Shown: positions 1-15,325 of the stretch, piece by piece | Position numbering within the stretch: position 1 is the first letter of the stretch | How the letters are laid out: each line of letters starts with the position of its first letter | Assembly: GCA_964057225.1 (NCBI GenBank) | Contig: OZ059898.1 | Span: forward strand, 6,448,001-6,512,000 | Reading direction: 5' to 3' | DNA: 64,000 nucleotides | Source: Auanema rhodensis | Taxonomy: Eukaryota > Animalia > Nematoda | The notes under the pieces: generated by a model | The model's input: only the letters and a program-made list of their open reading frames with translations | What the model was told of the DNA's origin: nothing | Databases searched by the model: none | Position numbers and translations under genes: made by a program

Positions 1-1106
1 GGTCATTCGCAACAGAATGAAACTTTTTTTTGCAACAATGAAGTTAGTTTTCCGGATAATATCGTCGGGAATTGGGGAAGAAGATAGTAGTTGGCTTGTT
101 CCGATCAGCAAAATCAAATTTGTCGATCATATTATCTTAATTTGGTAATTTATGGAACATTTTTACTCAATTTTATAAAAAGAATTGTGATTTCTATTTA
201 ATAAAATGATCTAATTGATAGATAAAACTATATATAATAATATATATATATTAACTATATCATATAATAATGAAAATAACTAATATAAGACATAATTTAT
301 TCAATATATAAACTTCATTCACTTCTTTAACAGGTAATTTCAGAAGTTAAGAATGTCTTATCCGATTTTTTTCAAAAAAAAAATTATATAACATCAGTTG
401 AAATCAACAAGCTTGGTAATGGTTGTTGTTTGGGATGAGAGAGATAGCTCACTTGCAGACCAAAAGTTTCGAAAAGTCAAATTGCCTCAAGCAATTACCG
501 TGTGGACTTTAATTGAAAATGAGCCTTCCTAACCAAATGGAAAGCTTACATAACGTGACGAAGAACTGAGCAACTCATATCTTTGGCTATCTCTCTCTTT
601 CTCTCTCTATGTTTGCGAAGGTTTTTTTCAAGCTGTGAGACCCACCTTAGCCTTATTATCATTGAATAACTTATTTTTAAATATTTTTATAAATAACTAT
701 AAACAATTGTTTTACTATATAGTTTTCATAAAAATATTTTTTAAATTCTTAACGATAATCTTTCTTTTCTCATTTTTTCTGTAAAAGCATGAACATAAGA
801 TTATACTTTTTTTCTGCGAAAAACATAGCTACTGTGTTGTGATGTTTTTCCCACATTTTTTTTTATTTAAATAGCCAAAAATAGTAAAAAAAGGTTGAAA
901 TAAATGAAAAAAAAAATAAAAAAATATATTTGTTAGATGTGTAGTATAAAAAAATGTCATTTAGTTATATTGTACTAGTAGTTTAGTTTAATAGCTACAT
1001 ATAAACGTCATAAAATCATCATTTTTCTTTAAATTTTAAATATAATTTTTGTATTTATTATATATTATTATTATTATTATATTATAGATGAAAATATAGG
1101 CATTCA

Positions 1107-4100
1107 TGTTAGCTGGAAATAAAGCTTTCGGATATCGTCCGTTAACACATCGATCACAATCTCGGAAATCTGTGAAACGCAGAAAACAACGAGTAGAAGG
1201 ATATGTACTTACAACAGGTATCTATTATCCATTTCTTTATCATTTTTTAAAGAAATAATCTGTTAAATTTCTTTTTTTCTTTATTTTACTTGTTACTTCA
1301 TGATGTTTCAGTACTATATACTGCCTAACACATAACGTTGATTAATGCTTGATGGTCCTATGGGGCCCACATTAAACTTTTAGTCAGCAACAAATGATGA
1401 GGAAAAAATGCCTAAAAAAGGCAATGAACATGTGTAGAAAAGACTATCAGAGAGTTACTCTTTCCTCTTTTTCCGTCTTCTCCTTCTTCTTCAAGTCCTT
1501 CCCATCATTGTCATTTCCGAGGCTGTGACAAATAGCTCCCGAGACTGAGGCCACACCCCTTTTCCCCTCAGGGCTTGTAAGGGCTCGATTTGCCCCTTCA
1601 TGCTTGAAGTGGTTCGCAATTGTTTTAACTTACATTTCATGATTCTTAACTATATCATTCATGACAAAAGCTCAAACGTTTTTCCGCTGATTTTTTGACT
1701 TTCGTGTTCAATTTAGAAAATTTTTTTTTCGTTTAAATCGAGTAAAACAACAATGAATATCTCTTACCAAAATCTTTACAACCACAGTCTCTCTATCGTT
1801 CTCTCTCTATATCATTCTGTCTCTCTATAATTTTCTCTCTTTATCTCTCAAAAAGTTATAATCATACTATATATTCAATTTGATAATTTTTTTTTCTTAT
1901 ATTCTTTACTTTCTTCCCTATCTATAGTATACATATAGGCATATGATGTGTATCTTGTCTACCTTGCTTATGACTTTCAAATAATATTAAGTGACATCAA
2001 AAGAATAATGAAATACAATACTATTTCCAACTTTTACTCTATCTAAATTCAAATATTATAAGTACATAATAATGTCTTTATTAACAAAATATTTCATATT
2101 AAATTCTATAAAAAAATATTTTAATTTTTTTTTTATAAAATATTTTTTAAATTAATTATGTGATTAAAATAATTATTATTGTATCTGTTCATTCTATATA
2201 TTCTAAGTTATTTTTTTCATTTTGAACTTTATATTTTATAAATTATAAAACAAACTTACATATTTTTTCAATTGGTTTTCTACTTTTTCAATCTAAAAAT
2301 TAAAAAAATTGTTACCAACTTTTTCGTTAAAATGATATAGCCATGCTGTATTCATCTAAATGATTGACAGATGAAAAAAAACTGAAATGTCTTCGCTTGA
2401 ATTCCCTTAAGACTATCTCAATTCGGACCCCCATATTACCTCAGAATTATGAACTTTTTAATAATTCAAATAGTATTTTATATAATATTTGTAAACAATT
2501 CATATAAATATACAATTTTTCATATTTTTCTCAAAAAATTGTCGATGCGTAACAAAAATATAAAACTCAATCTGGTTTAGTACTCAACTTGATATAAATT
2601 TTTATATGCCTGTGTATATTATGTAATATATACTAAAAAACGTAAATTTTAAGAAAAATTGTTAAAGTAATTTGATTTTTCTATTTTTCAACATTTCAAT
2701 TCAGCCGTAACAACATAAACTTTTACTATATTCCCCCTTCTCGTTTTACTTCTTTTTCCCTCTTCATAACCAAATAGTTATAATTTCACCAGATGAGGTA
2801 CCAGATGTCAACAAATCATTCTAACATTCAGATTTATACGAAAAACTCATTTTTTCCTGGAACAACGATCAAAAAAATTTCTGAAAAATGCTTCAAGTAA
2901 AACTTAACGAAGTTGAAAATTAGAATTAATTCGAATTCATAATTTGAAAAACTGTTTCTAAATGGCCAATCATTTAAAAAAAAATGTTTTTGTTTTGATA
3001 AACAAGATGGATGCGATTTGATAACTTTTAGAGATAGATTGAATATTTTTTAATAATTATGAGGAAAATAAATGCTTTTCTGTTGGATGAAGTAAGTTTT
3101 CAGTGCGTTTCTCGTAAACCAACTATATCTTTGACGCTTCAATTTTGGGACTGACATATCTTCCCCCCACCCTTTCTTGGTACCCTCAAGGGACCAATCT
3201 ACTAGCTTGCTTCCCCTTGGCGTAAAGCTTAGTTCGGACCAAGCCGAGAACCTCGGCACTTGCCAAACCAAAAGAGAAACGAGATAGAAAGAAAATAAAG
3301 ACAAAAGAAGGAAAAGAATACTTTTCTTTTTTTCTCTAAGAAGCTCACTCAATCTTTTGAAATTTTGCTATCCCTTATCTTTCCTTCTTCTGTCTTGATC
3401 TCTCTCACTTCTGCTATAGAAACCTCTTCCTCTCACAATACCACTAAACTTGCCATGTATGTCAATCATCAGATGCTTCCGGTTTTATAGAAACCATCAG
3501 ATTTCAATCTTCGAGTTGAGAAAACATTTGATTTTCTATTTTATAAATAAAATTTATAAAAACATATGTGAATATACTTGTACTCGATGATAAATTGTTT
3601 TTTCGTTGTCGATAGAAAATACGTTTCACATGAAACATTTCATTCTTTTTTGTTTTATTTCAATACAAAGTATACGGTATATCTTACTATACTATATTAA
3701 AATAAATTTTTAATATACAAACAAGACGACTAAAGACACGGTAAAAGAAACAAAGAGCAGTTATTTCTACGTCTTAAACTCATGCTTCACCAATTATACT
3801 CTTTAAATAACTTTATAATTGAGTGATCGGACCCTGTTGCAAGAACGCGCTGACTCGCTTATCCGATTTGTATCCGAAAATCCGGTTGACAAGCTTGGTT
3901 TGGCTAGTCATCAACGGTCAAAACTCCTATCATTGCCATCCATTCACTATTTCTCTTTTAGCATTAGATTCAATTCTTTCACCATTTCACGAAATAGTCA
4001 GCGAATTCTAATAATCTTGATAGTTTTTCTTTTAATTTATTTATTATAATATCATTTATAATAAAAAATATATTTTCATAGATAATTTAATCATCTTTGC

Positions 4101-4570
4101 TATCTATTTTTTTAAAAAATATAAATATATAATAGAATAATAAAATAATATATTCGCTATGAAAAATGAATAATTTTTTTTTTGTTATTGTTCTTATTTT
4201 TTTTATTCGTTTTTCCTTTATTTTTCATCTTTTCTTTCATCAACTACCTTCATTTCAATATTTATCCACAGCCATCTTACTTTTTTTTTCAAATAAATTA
4301 CCTTTACATACACTCTCATATACATCTAAAGATAGATATCTGAATAAGGAAATTTTAAATTTTTCAATAAATATATTTAAAGATGGGCAAACATTTCCTT
4401 GTCAAAGTTCAAAAATGATATATCACTTGTCTTCATCAATTTATATTTTTGACAAAAACTTCAAAATACTACCATGACCTTTGCTTTCGTTTTTAGCATA
4501 GTTTATAGGATAAGAGTGATGTAAGAACAAACGGGCAATATAGTCAGAATTCTGATTTTCTTATTTTCTT

Positions 4571-4629
<59 letters not shown>

Positions 4630-7600
4630 ATATCTCTCTTTCTCTCTATATCTCTCCCTCCTTCTAGCTATATCATAGAACAGACTAGTTTAGTCTTCAG
4701 TTTCACAATATGACAATGCCCTGAGGGCGTGTATACATAGGAACGAAAAGCTCAAATTTGTTTGTTGCTTTATTTAGACGAAGTTCACAATGAGTAATTC
4801 TAGTGCATCCTCTTTATTCTGTTTATTTTGATATAATTTGATGATAATATCCGTTTTATATGTTATTTATATACATATATTTATATTTTTTAATAACTTT
4901 ACTTACCAATTCATTCATTTTTGAACTAAAATCTGTAATCTCTAATATTTCAAAGAAAATATATTATATTTTCTTTTAAATTCTTTGAAGTATTATAAGT
5001 AAAAAAAGGAACATTAAAGTAAAAAATATACAAAAGATTTCATATTTCTTTTTATTTCCATCAACAAACCTTGCAAACGAAACCTCCATAATCTCTGTCA
5101 TTTTTCTTTTTTAATTCATTTCTCTTGCTGTATTGAGCCATGTGATGAGCTTGAAATTCGCAATTCCATAAAGCCACTCTGAATGTTGCGTCTTCTTGCC
5201 AATTGGCCGTTTTTTACTAATTCGAGCCATCTATCTCTCGTTGTTTTTAAGTTTTTTTTCCGAATTTTATCAATACTATTCGATGTATATATTAGTGAAT
5301 TGATACTCATTCATTCAATTTTTTTCCCAATTCAAACAATGATTTACTTGTAATACTTGTGTTATAGATGTATCAACATCCCACAACAATGCACAAATGA
5401 GGAATAAGGGTTATGAACGGGTAGATTCGGAGCCGAATCTGCACGATAACAGTGCCACGACTCTACTCAATGAAGAATTCGGTATCAAATTGAAACTGGG
5501 CACAGCTCGTATTTTACAGTTTTAGCTTCAACTTCCCATGGCCAAATTGAATATGAAGATGGTCCGGAAGATGATATGGAAAGATATGAGTTAGATGATC
5601 ATCTTGGAGAAATTCCGGTTGCATTTCATAGAAGGCAAAGAAGGGTTCGATCTTTTTTTTTTTAATTTTTCAATATTTTGAGCTTATTTCGGCAATATTC
5701 CTTATAGATATTATTATTGGGCATGATGTTAGCTATAGGGAAAATATCGAATATCTATCAGTTTTCATAGCTTATTATGCTTCAAACTTTTATATTTAAT
5801 TCTGAAGCTTTAACTATAACTAGCTTTAATTTTATTTTATTTGCATCAGCATATGTATATGATATTATTATTTATATTATTATATAATTATACTATATAG
5901 ATAGTTTGATAGCTTTCCTATCATTAATATATTAATATCATCTAACTATAATTTTTATAAGTTAAAGCATGATAACAGCATGTGGCTTCTTGTTTATTAT
6001 AGGAAGCTTTATATGGACCAGGATCGCAACGTGGAAGCTATTTAGAAGAAAGTAACTCTATGCTACATTCATGTCATGACGAGGTTTTAATATAATGCCC
6101 TTAGGCATATTTCTATGTGTTGTACTCATATTTTTTTTCAATTTTCTGCACGACTTTTCACTTTTTTTTTAAATTTGAATTCAAGCTGCAGCACTTTGTA
6201 TTTATTTCAATAATATTTAATATTCATATATTTGTAGAGTGGACATGATCATATGGATAATAGTGAAGATTCGAAAGAAGATGATGAAGAAGAATCAGAG
6301 CGTGGCATAAGAAAAGTTATTTTATTATAAATTAAATAATTAAATTAATTATATTATAGTATGCTAAATTAATACTTCCTCATGTTGCATTGGTTTTATT
6401 AACATGTGCTTATACCGTATTAGGAGCTTCAATATTTTACAGTGTTGAAAGACCACATGAATTAGAAACAAAACAACAACAAGTAAAACATATTTCAATT
6501 TCTTTATTTTTTATTTTATTTTTTTCTAGTTACAACAAATTTATACAAGACAAACTGAATTTGTCGATCAACTTGTGCGCTTAGCAGCTCATAATCAAAC
6601 TGGTATCTTCGCTTTTTCTTTTTCTTTTAAAAATTTTCTTATAATTAAGGTCGATTAGAATGGGAAATGATCGCAAGGCAACATATGCATAACATGTCTG
6701 ATCAACTATTTGTTGCTTTTGAGAAATATTTCTTAACATCAACTGAAGTCAAAAAGAACATAACGACCGAAATATGGAGCTTCCCAACATCCATCTTTTT
6801 TGCTGTTACAGTTGTCACAACAATTGGTAATTTCTTATTTTTATTTTATTATTATTTATAAGATTTATTTGATAAATGTTTTTTTTTAGGTTATGGTAAT
6901 CCTGTTCCTGTAACTAATGTTGGTCGAATTGTTTGTATTATGTTTTCTCTTTTTGGAATTCCTTTGACTTTAGTTACAATAGCTGATCTTGGTATGATAA
7001 ACAAAAAATCAAAGCATATATTAGAAAAACAAATATTATTTTAGGTAAATTCTTATCAGAACATCTTATATGGATGTATGGAAATTATTTGAAGTTAAAA
7101 CAATTGATATTTGATCGAGATAAACGAGACCGTGCTCGTGAACATGTTTGTGAACACTGTCAGAGCCAAGGAATAGGCCATAATATGCATATTATTGAAG
7201 AACAAAGGTAATTTAATATCTTTTTATTAAATTTATTATAAAACTTATATATTTTTATAACAAACAAAATGAAAATCTTTATTGAACAATAATAAATATC
7301 AGCATTTTTTTCCAATTTTTAAGAAAAACCTTAAATTATTTTTATTAAAAAATCATATAAGCCTAACTATTAAATAAATATTTCGGAATAAAATTAAATT
7401 TTTAGAATTCCTGCCATTCTGGTGTTAGCAATACTCGTCCTATATACAGCTCTTGGAGGAGTTTTAATGTCAAAGCTTGAACCGTGGACTTTTTTCACCT
7501 CATTCTACTGGTCATTTATTACCATGACTACTGTATGTTTATATATTTTTTAATTTTTAATTAATTGATATTTGATTTGATAATATTTCAGGTCGGGTTC

Positions 7601-8608
7601 GGCGATTTGATGCCGCGTAGGGATGAGTACATGTACATCATATTATTATATATAATTTTAGGTTATTTCTTCTTTTTTTTTTATTTTTTAATATTTAATA
7701 ATAATAAATATTCTTCCAGGATTGGCAATAACAACTATGTGTATTGATTTGGTTGGAGTACAATACATTCGCAAGATTCATTATTTCGGTAGAAAAATTC
7801 AAGATGCACGATCTGCTTTGGCTGTTGTCGGGGGAAAGGTAATCATAAGGCTTTTAGGATTTTTGAAATTTTCCCAGACATCCAGGATGTTCTCATATAT
7901 TTTAGTTTTTTTTGATGCCATATAGAGAAAAGAAGAGAATTTAGTTGAAATACTCTTAAAAGGGCTATAGTTTTTCTATAGCTTTTCGCTTTGATTTCCA
8001 ATTTTATATATTGGAGAAGCATTTAGTGCTATTCTCATACCAAAGACAATCATTTATCATGTACTAATGCTCTGCTTTATTTGAACAAACTGGGCGCTGA
8101 GAAGTTAGTCCTTGGGGAATTATGTCAAGCTTTCGTCTGAGTCATCTGATTTTTTCTGATGTTAAACATCTTTTTTTTTCTGAAGTGAAGTGCACAATCA
8201 AAAATTCACATAGTTCAATTTAATATGTGAAATATAGAAATCTACTTGAAGGGTCTATAAAAACAAAATTGATTAATATTTCAGGTTGTGCTTGTCTCGG
8301 AATTATATGCTAACCTTATGCAGAAGAGAGCTCGAAATCTCTCAAAAGAAGCTTTCATCATTGAGAATTTATACATTTCAAAACATATAATTCCATTCAT
8401 TCCTAGTGATATTCGACTTATAAGGTTGAATAATTAGATTCAAAAAATATAAATCGTACTTTAATTTAGGTACATCGACCAAAATCCAGATGGTACTTTA
8501 TCTACTTCATCTTCATCCATTGATCTACAAAGCTGCCGCTTTTGTCATTCTCGCTTCAGTTTATCTAATCATAATATTCCAGCTTCAACTATCACAACAA
8601 CAGAATAG
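1107..8608 (+). CDS. twk-7: Two-pore-domain (TWK/K2P) potassium channel, TWK-7-like; multi-exon. Optional upstream exon 1107-1218 joins in frame to the exon at 5368; alternative start ATG near 5397
   Basis: Spliced translation gives both pore motifs (SIFFAVTVVTTIGYGNPVP; SFYWSFITMTTVGFGDLMP) with flanking TM helices. N-terminal KGYERVDS...LLNEE resembles C. elegans TWK-7 as recalled. Stop TAG at 8606-8608. The 5' exon is less certain than the core (5368-8608). Confidence 0.85.
4574..4660. repeat. (CT)n microsatellite, about 23 perfect units followed by degenerate CT/AT units
   Basis: Directly visible in the large first intron/upstream region of the K2P gene. Confidence 0.95.
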
Positions 8609-8804
8609 AATTTTTTTATTTTGAATGTTTTAGTACTTAACAGAGGTTTTTATTTACAACAATCATATCATTTTTTTGGCTATGAAAATGTTTTTAATGT
8701 TCTTGTAGTTTATATTATTTTGTAATCTTTATATGAGTAATAATTCTTAATAAAAATCTATTTATTAAAACAACAATAACAACATCATCATCTTTCTATG
8801 CATC

Positions 8805-11005
8805 CTAAACACTACTGGCATCCTTCTTGCCATCCTCAGCTTCTATCTGCTTTTTCGATTTTTCTGAAAGAGTAACGCATTAGACATATCATGATATGGA
8901 GTCCACACCAGCAAACCTCATTTACCAAACATGGAACGTTTTAATTTACTAAAAAATCCGCTAGATGAAGAATCATCCGACTTTTCAGCGGTATTGGTAT
9001 AATCAGAAGATGTAGTAGAAGAAGGAGGAGGAGGAGGAGAAGAAGAAGAAGAAGCTTTACTAGCAAATAGATCTTCAGCTGGTTTTTCCGAAAAAGAGGA
9101 AGGTTCGGAGGCTGGTGGGGACTCCTTTTTATCAATCGTGTCACTTTTACGCTTTTGACTCAAGGATGCTTCTACAAACTAGGGATGGCAACTATTGATC
9201 ATTAGAACTTACTGTAATCATCATATCCTCTAACTGTTCCTGTTTTTGGTTTATCGGTATCAGTCCATTGAAGCATAAGTTCACGTTGAGCTTTGTTTAT
9301 CGAACTTAAAATGAGGTTATAATTCAAGACTGTTCGCGTTAAACATACCTGGGCACAGCAACTTTTACATGAATATATTGATCTCCATATCCTTCCCTAT
9401 TGGATCTTTTGACACCTTTACCAGTAAGTCTATAACAAATAAGTTTCTCATTGGGTTTATTTAATTTTATGTTTACTTCATTTTTGTATGACTAGAAGTT
9501 CCAGGAGATATATGAATATGAGTATCTTCCATGATACCAGGAACCTAAATGTTGGATTATAAGCATTTACAGTGTTCTCCTCACTTTAACAGTTCCGCCT
9601 AGTACAGCTTGAGCTAATGAAATATCAACATCGCAATGAAGATCATCCTTTTCTCGCCGGAATATTTTCGATGGAGCTACATTAAACATCATATAAACTG
9701 GTGTCTGGAAGTTAAACATTTAGCTTTCCTCAACTTAGGAGAATAATACCTTTCCAACTTGGAACCGAACTTTATCCTTATCGTTCGTACCCGCTGGAAC
9801 ATTTAATGTGACTTTTCGTTTTTGAACTGTTTGTCCATGTCCTTCACATTCTTGGCAAGGATTCTGAAAAATTTATAACATAATAATAATTAAAGTCGGA
9901 GTATCAGACCTTGTTGTAATGCCCACTACCATGGCAGCGATTGCATGATGTTTGATAAATGAAACCTCCTTGCAAGCGAGAAGAAACCATTCCTGTGCCA
10001 TTACAATAGGGACAGGATACCTTAACCAAATTAATATAACATCTTTAATATAGATGGAACTTGCCTTTTTGTATCCAGGCTCAACTTGGGTTCCTTTGCA
10101 TTTTAAGCAATCTTCAATCGTATTAACTAGAGTTGATTTAGATGCACCTAAATATCATATATATTTGTAAACTTTAGTTTTTTTCATACCTTTAACAGCT
10201 TCTTCAAACGTAATATCCATAATTAATTCCTCAGCATGTGAATGGCCAAATTGACTATCAGCAAAATCCCAATTCATACCTCCGCCTCCACCTCCCTGCA
10301 AGGTAGTAAAGTTAGCTTTTTAAAAAATTCGATTGAAACCATATTGAATCCGAAGGCTTTCTTAAATATTTCGTTCATATCCATAGTGCTTTGGTATTGC
10401 CAACCACCACGGCCTGCTCCTGCTCCACCTAAATATAAGGTTACTTTTTCAAATTATGTATAAAAGATGTACCAAATCCTCCACCGCCAGCAGGATTAGA
10501 ACCAAACGAATCATATTGTTGCCTCTTGCTATCATCGGACAAAACCTGAATTATAAAATGACTAACATTATTTTCTTTAAAGTGAAACCTCGTAAGCCTC
10601 TGAAATTGCTTGAAACTTTTCTTGAGCTTCTTTAGTTTTATTCACATCTGGATGATACTTTTTAGCTAACTAAACATATTTCTTAAATAAATATCAATGG
10701 TAAAAAAGGTTTACTTGAAAATAAGCCTTCTTTATGCCCTTAGCATCGGATGTTTTACTGACTCCTAATGTTTTATAATAATCTTCTTTCAATTGCGGTT
10801 TTGATATGTGAATATATTTTTTATCTGAAACATTTGAAATACAAGTCGAAAAGATGTACTGAAGTTTACCTGTTAACGTACGATTGGTAGAATTTAATAA
10901 AAGAGGTGAATAAGAAGTAGAGGCTAAATAACTCAGGGAATTGAAAGAATTTATAACAGGTCCGACTCTGGCAGCAACCGAACAACTACGATTTAAAACA
11001 ATCAT
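8805..11005 (-). CDS. dnj-10: Mitochondrial DnaJ/Hsp40 (DNAJA3/Tid1 orthologue); alternative stop at 8918 if the last intron is retained
   Basis: N-terminal presequence-like region, J domain (DYYKTLGV...LAKKYHPDVNK), G/F-rich linker, four CxxCxGxG zinc motifs (CLKCKGT, CPYCNGTG, CNRCHGSG, CQECEGHG), C-terminal GFFSKLKRSMF. Confidence 0.93.
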
Positions 11006-11396
11006 CTATCTGGAAAACGTTTAATCTTTCTCGAAATATTTAAGCAATATGTGAAGATAATAGAGTAAAAATTCCATTAAAACTTAAGGCATGCAATTGC
11101 AAAGATGTTCATAAAAGTAAAATTGAATAGATATAAACAATATAGTTCAATATAATAAGAAAAATCTGTTTGAAATCGAGAAAAATCTTGATTTTTCTTA
11201 ATTTCTAAGTAGAGCTTCGAACATCGAGGCACTAAAGAAAATACGTAAAAACTGAGAATTTCAGCTGACGAGTTCCTACGACTAAAAATTTAAAAATTTT
11301 CATTTTAATGTGAATGTAGTATATGAAAGCCTCTTAAACAAAATATTTAATAATTTCATTTCATTTTAGAATCATTGAATAAGGTATATTTTAAGA

Positions 11397-14741
<3,345 letters not shown>

Positions 14742-15104
14742 AGTTTTCATCTTCTCATTTCATAATGGAATTGTATTTGTATTTACTTATTATGAAGTTA
14801 TTATGTCGAAAGGTCTCACTAAGAATTAAATATTCAAATAAATTATACAGTAAACAATTGTTCATTCATTCAATTGTTTCCGATAATTTTTCTCCAATCT
14901 GCATGTTCTAACCAGAATGGACATGAAATATAACGTTGTAGAGAGAGAGTCCAGAGAAGGATGGCTTGTGTAATATGTGGCTAGCAACTGCTGTTCTCAA
15001 AGAAATGCCTTTTTCATGAATAGTTCTTCATTCTTTTCTATTTATTTTGCGTTTAAAATAATATAAAATTAATATTTTTTAAATGTTTTCGTTTTCTATT
15101 TTGA

Positions 15105-15112
15105 GTCACGTG
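15105..15112 (+). promoter_or_regulatory. CLEAR/TFEB (HLH-30)-type E-box GTCACGTG
   Basis: Exact GTCACGTG in otherwise AT-rich DNA, about 35 nt upstream of the TTTCAG acceptor at 15142-15147 that precedes the RETREG-like gene. Function is inferred. Confidence 0.5.
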
Positions 15113-15325
15113 GTACATGTTTTTAATTTTTATTATTTCTGTTTCAGGCAGTATACCAAAACAGTAAAGTACTTATTGAAAAGAGCATCATAATTACTAT
15201 TTTTGTTTAATAAAATTGAATCATTTCCTCTTACATTTTTTCAATTTATAATAAGTTTGTAATAAAATGTTCTAGGTGAGTTTTATTTATTTACATATTT
15301 TATCATTTGAATTATTGTTATAGTA

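Noticed and set aside
17-144. Possible first coding exon of the K2P gene
   Set aside because: Splicing to the acceptors at 1087 or 1099 gives immediate stops; at most a UTR exon.
3050-4477. ORFs 3050-3352(-), 3819-4049(+) and 4166-4477(+)
   Set aside because: F/L/I/S-rich translations of T-rich intronic DNA with no splice context or recognisable domain.
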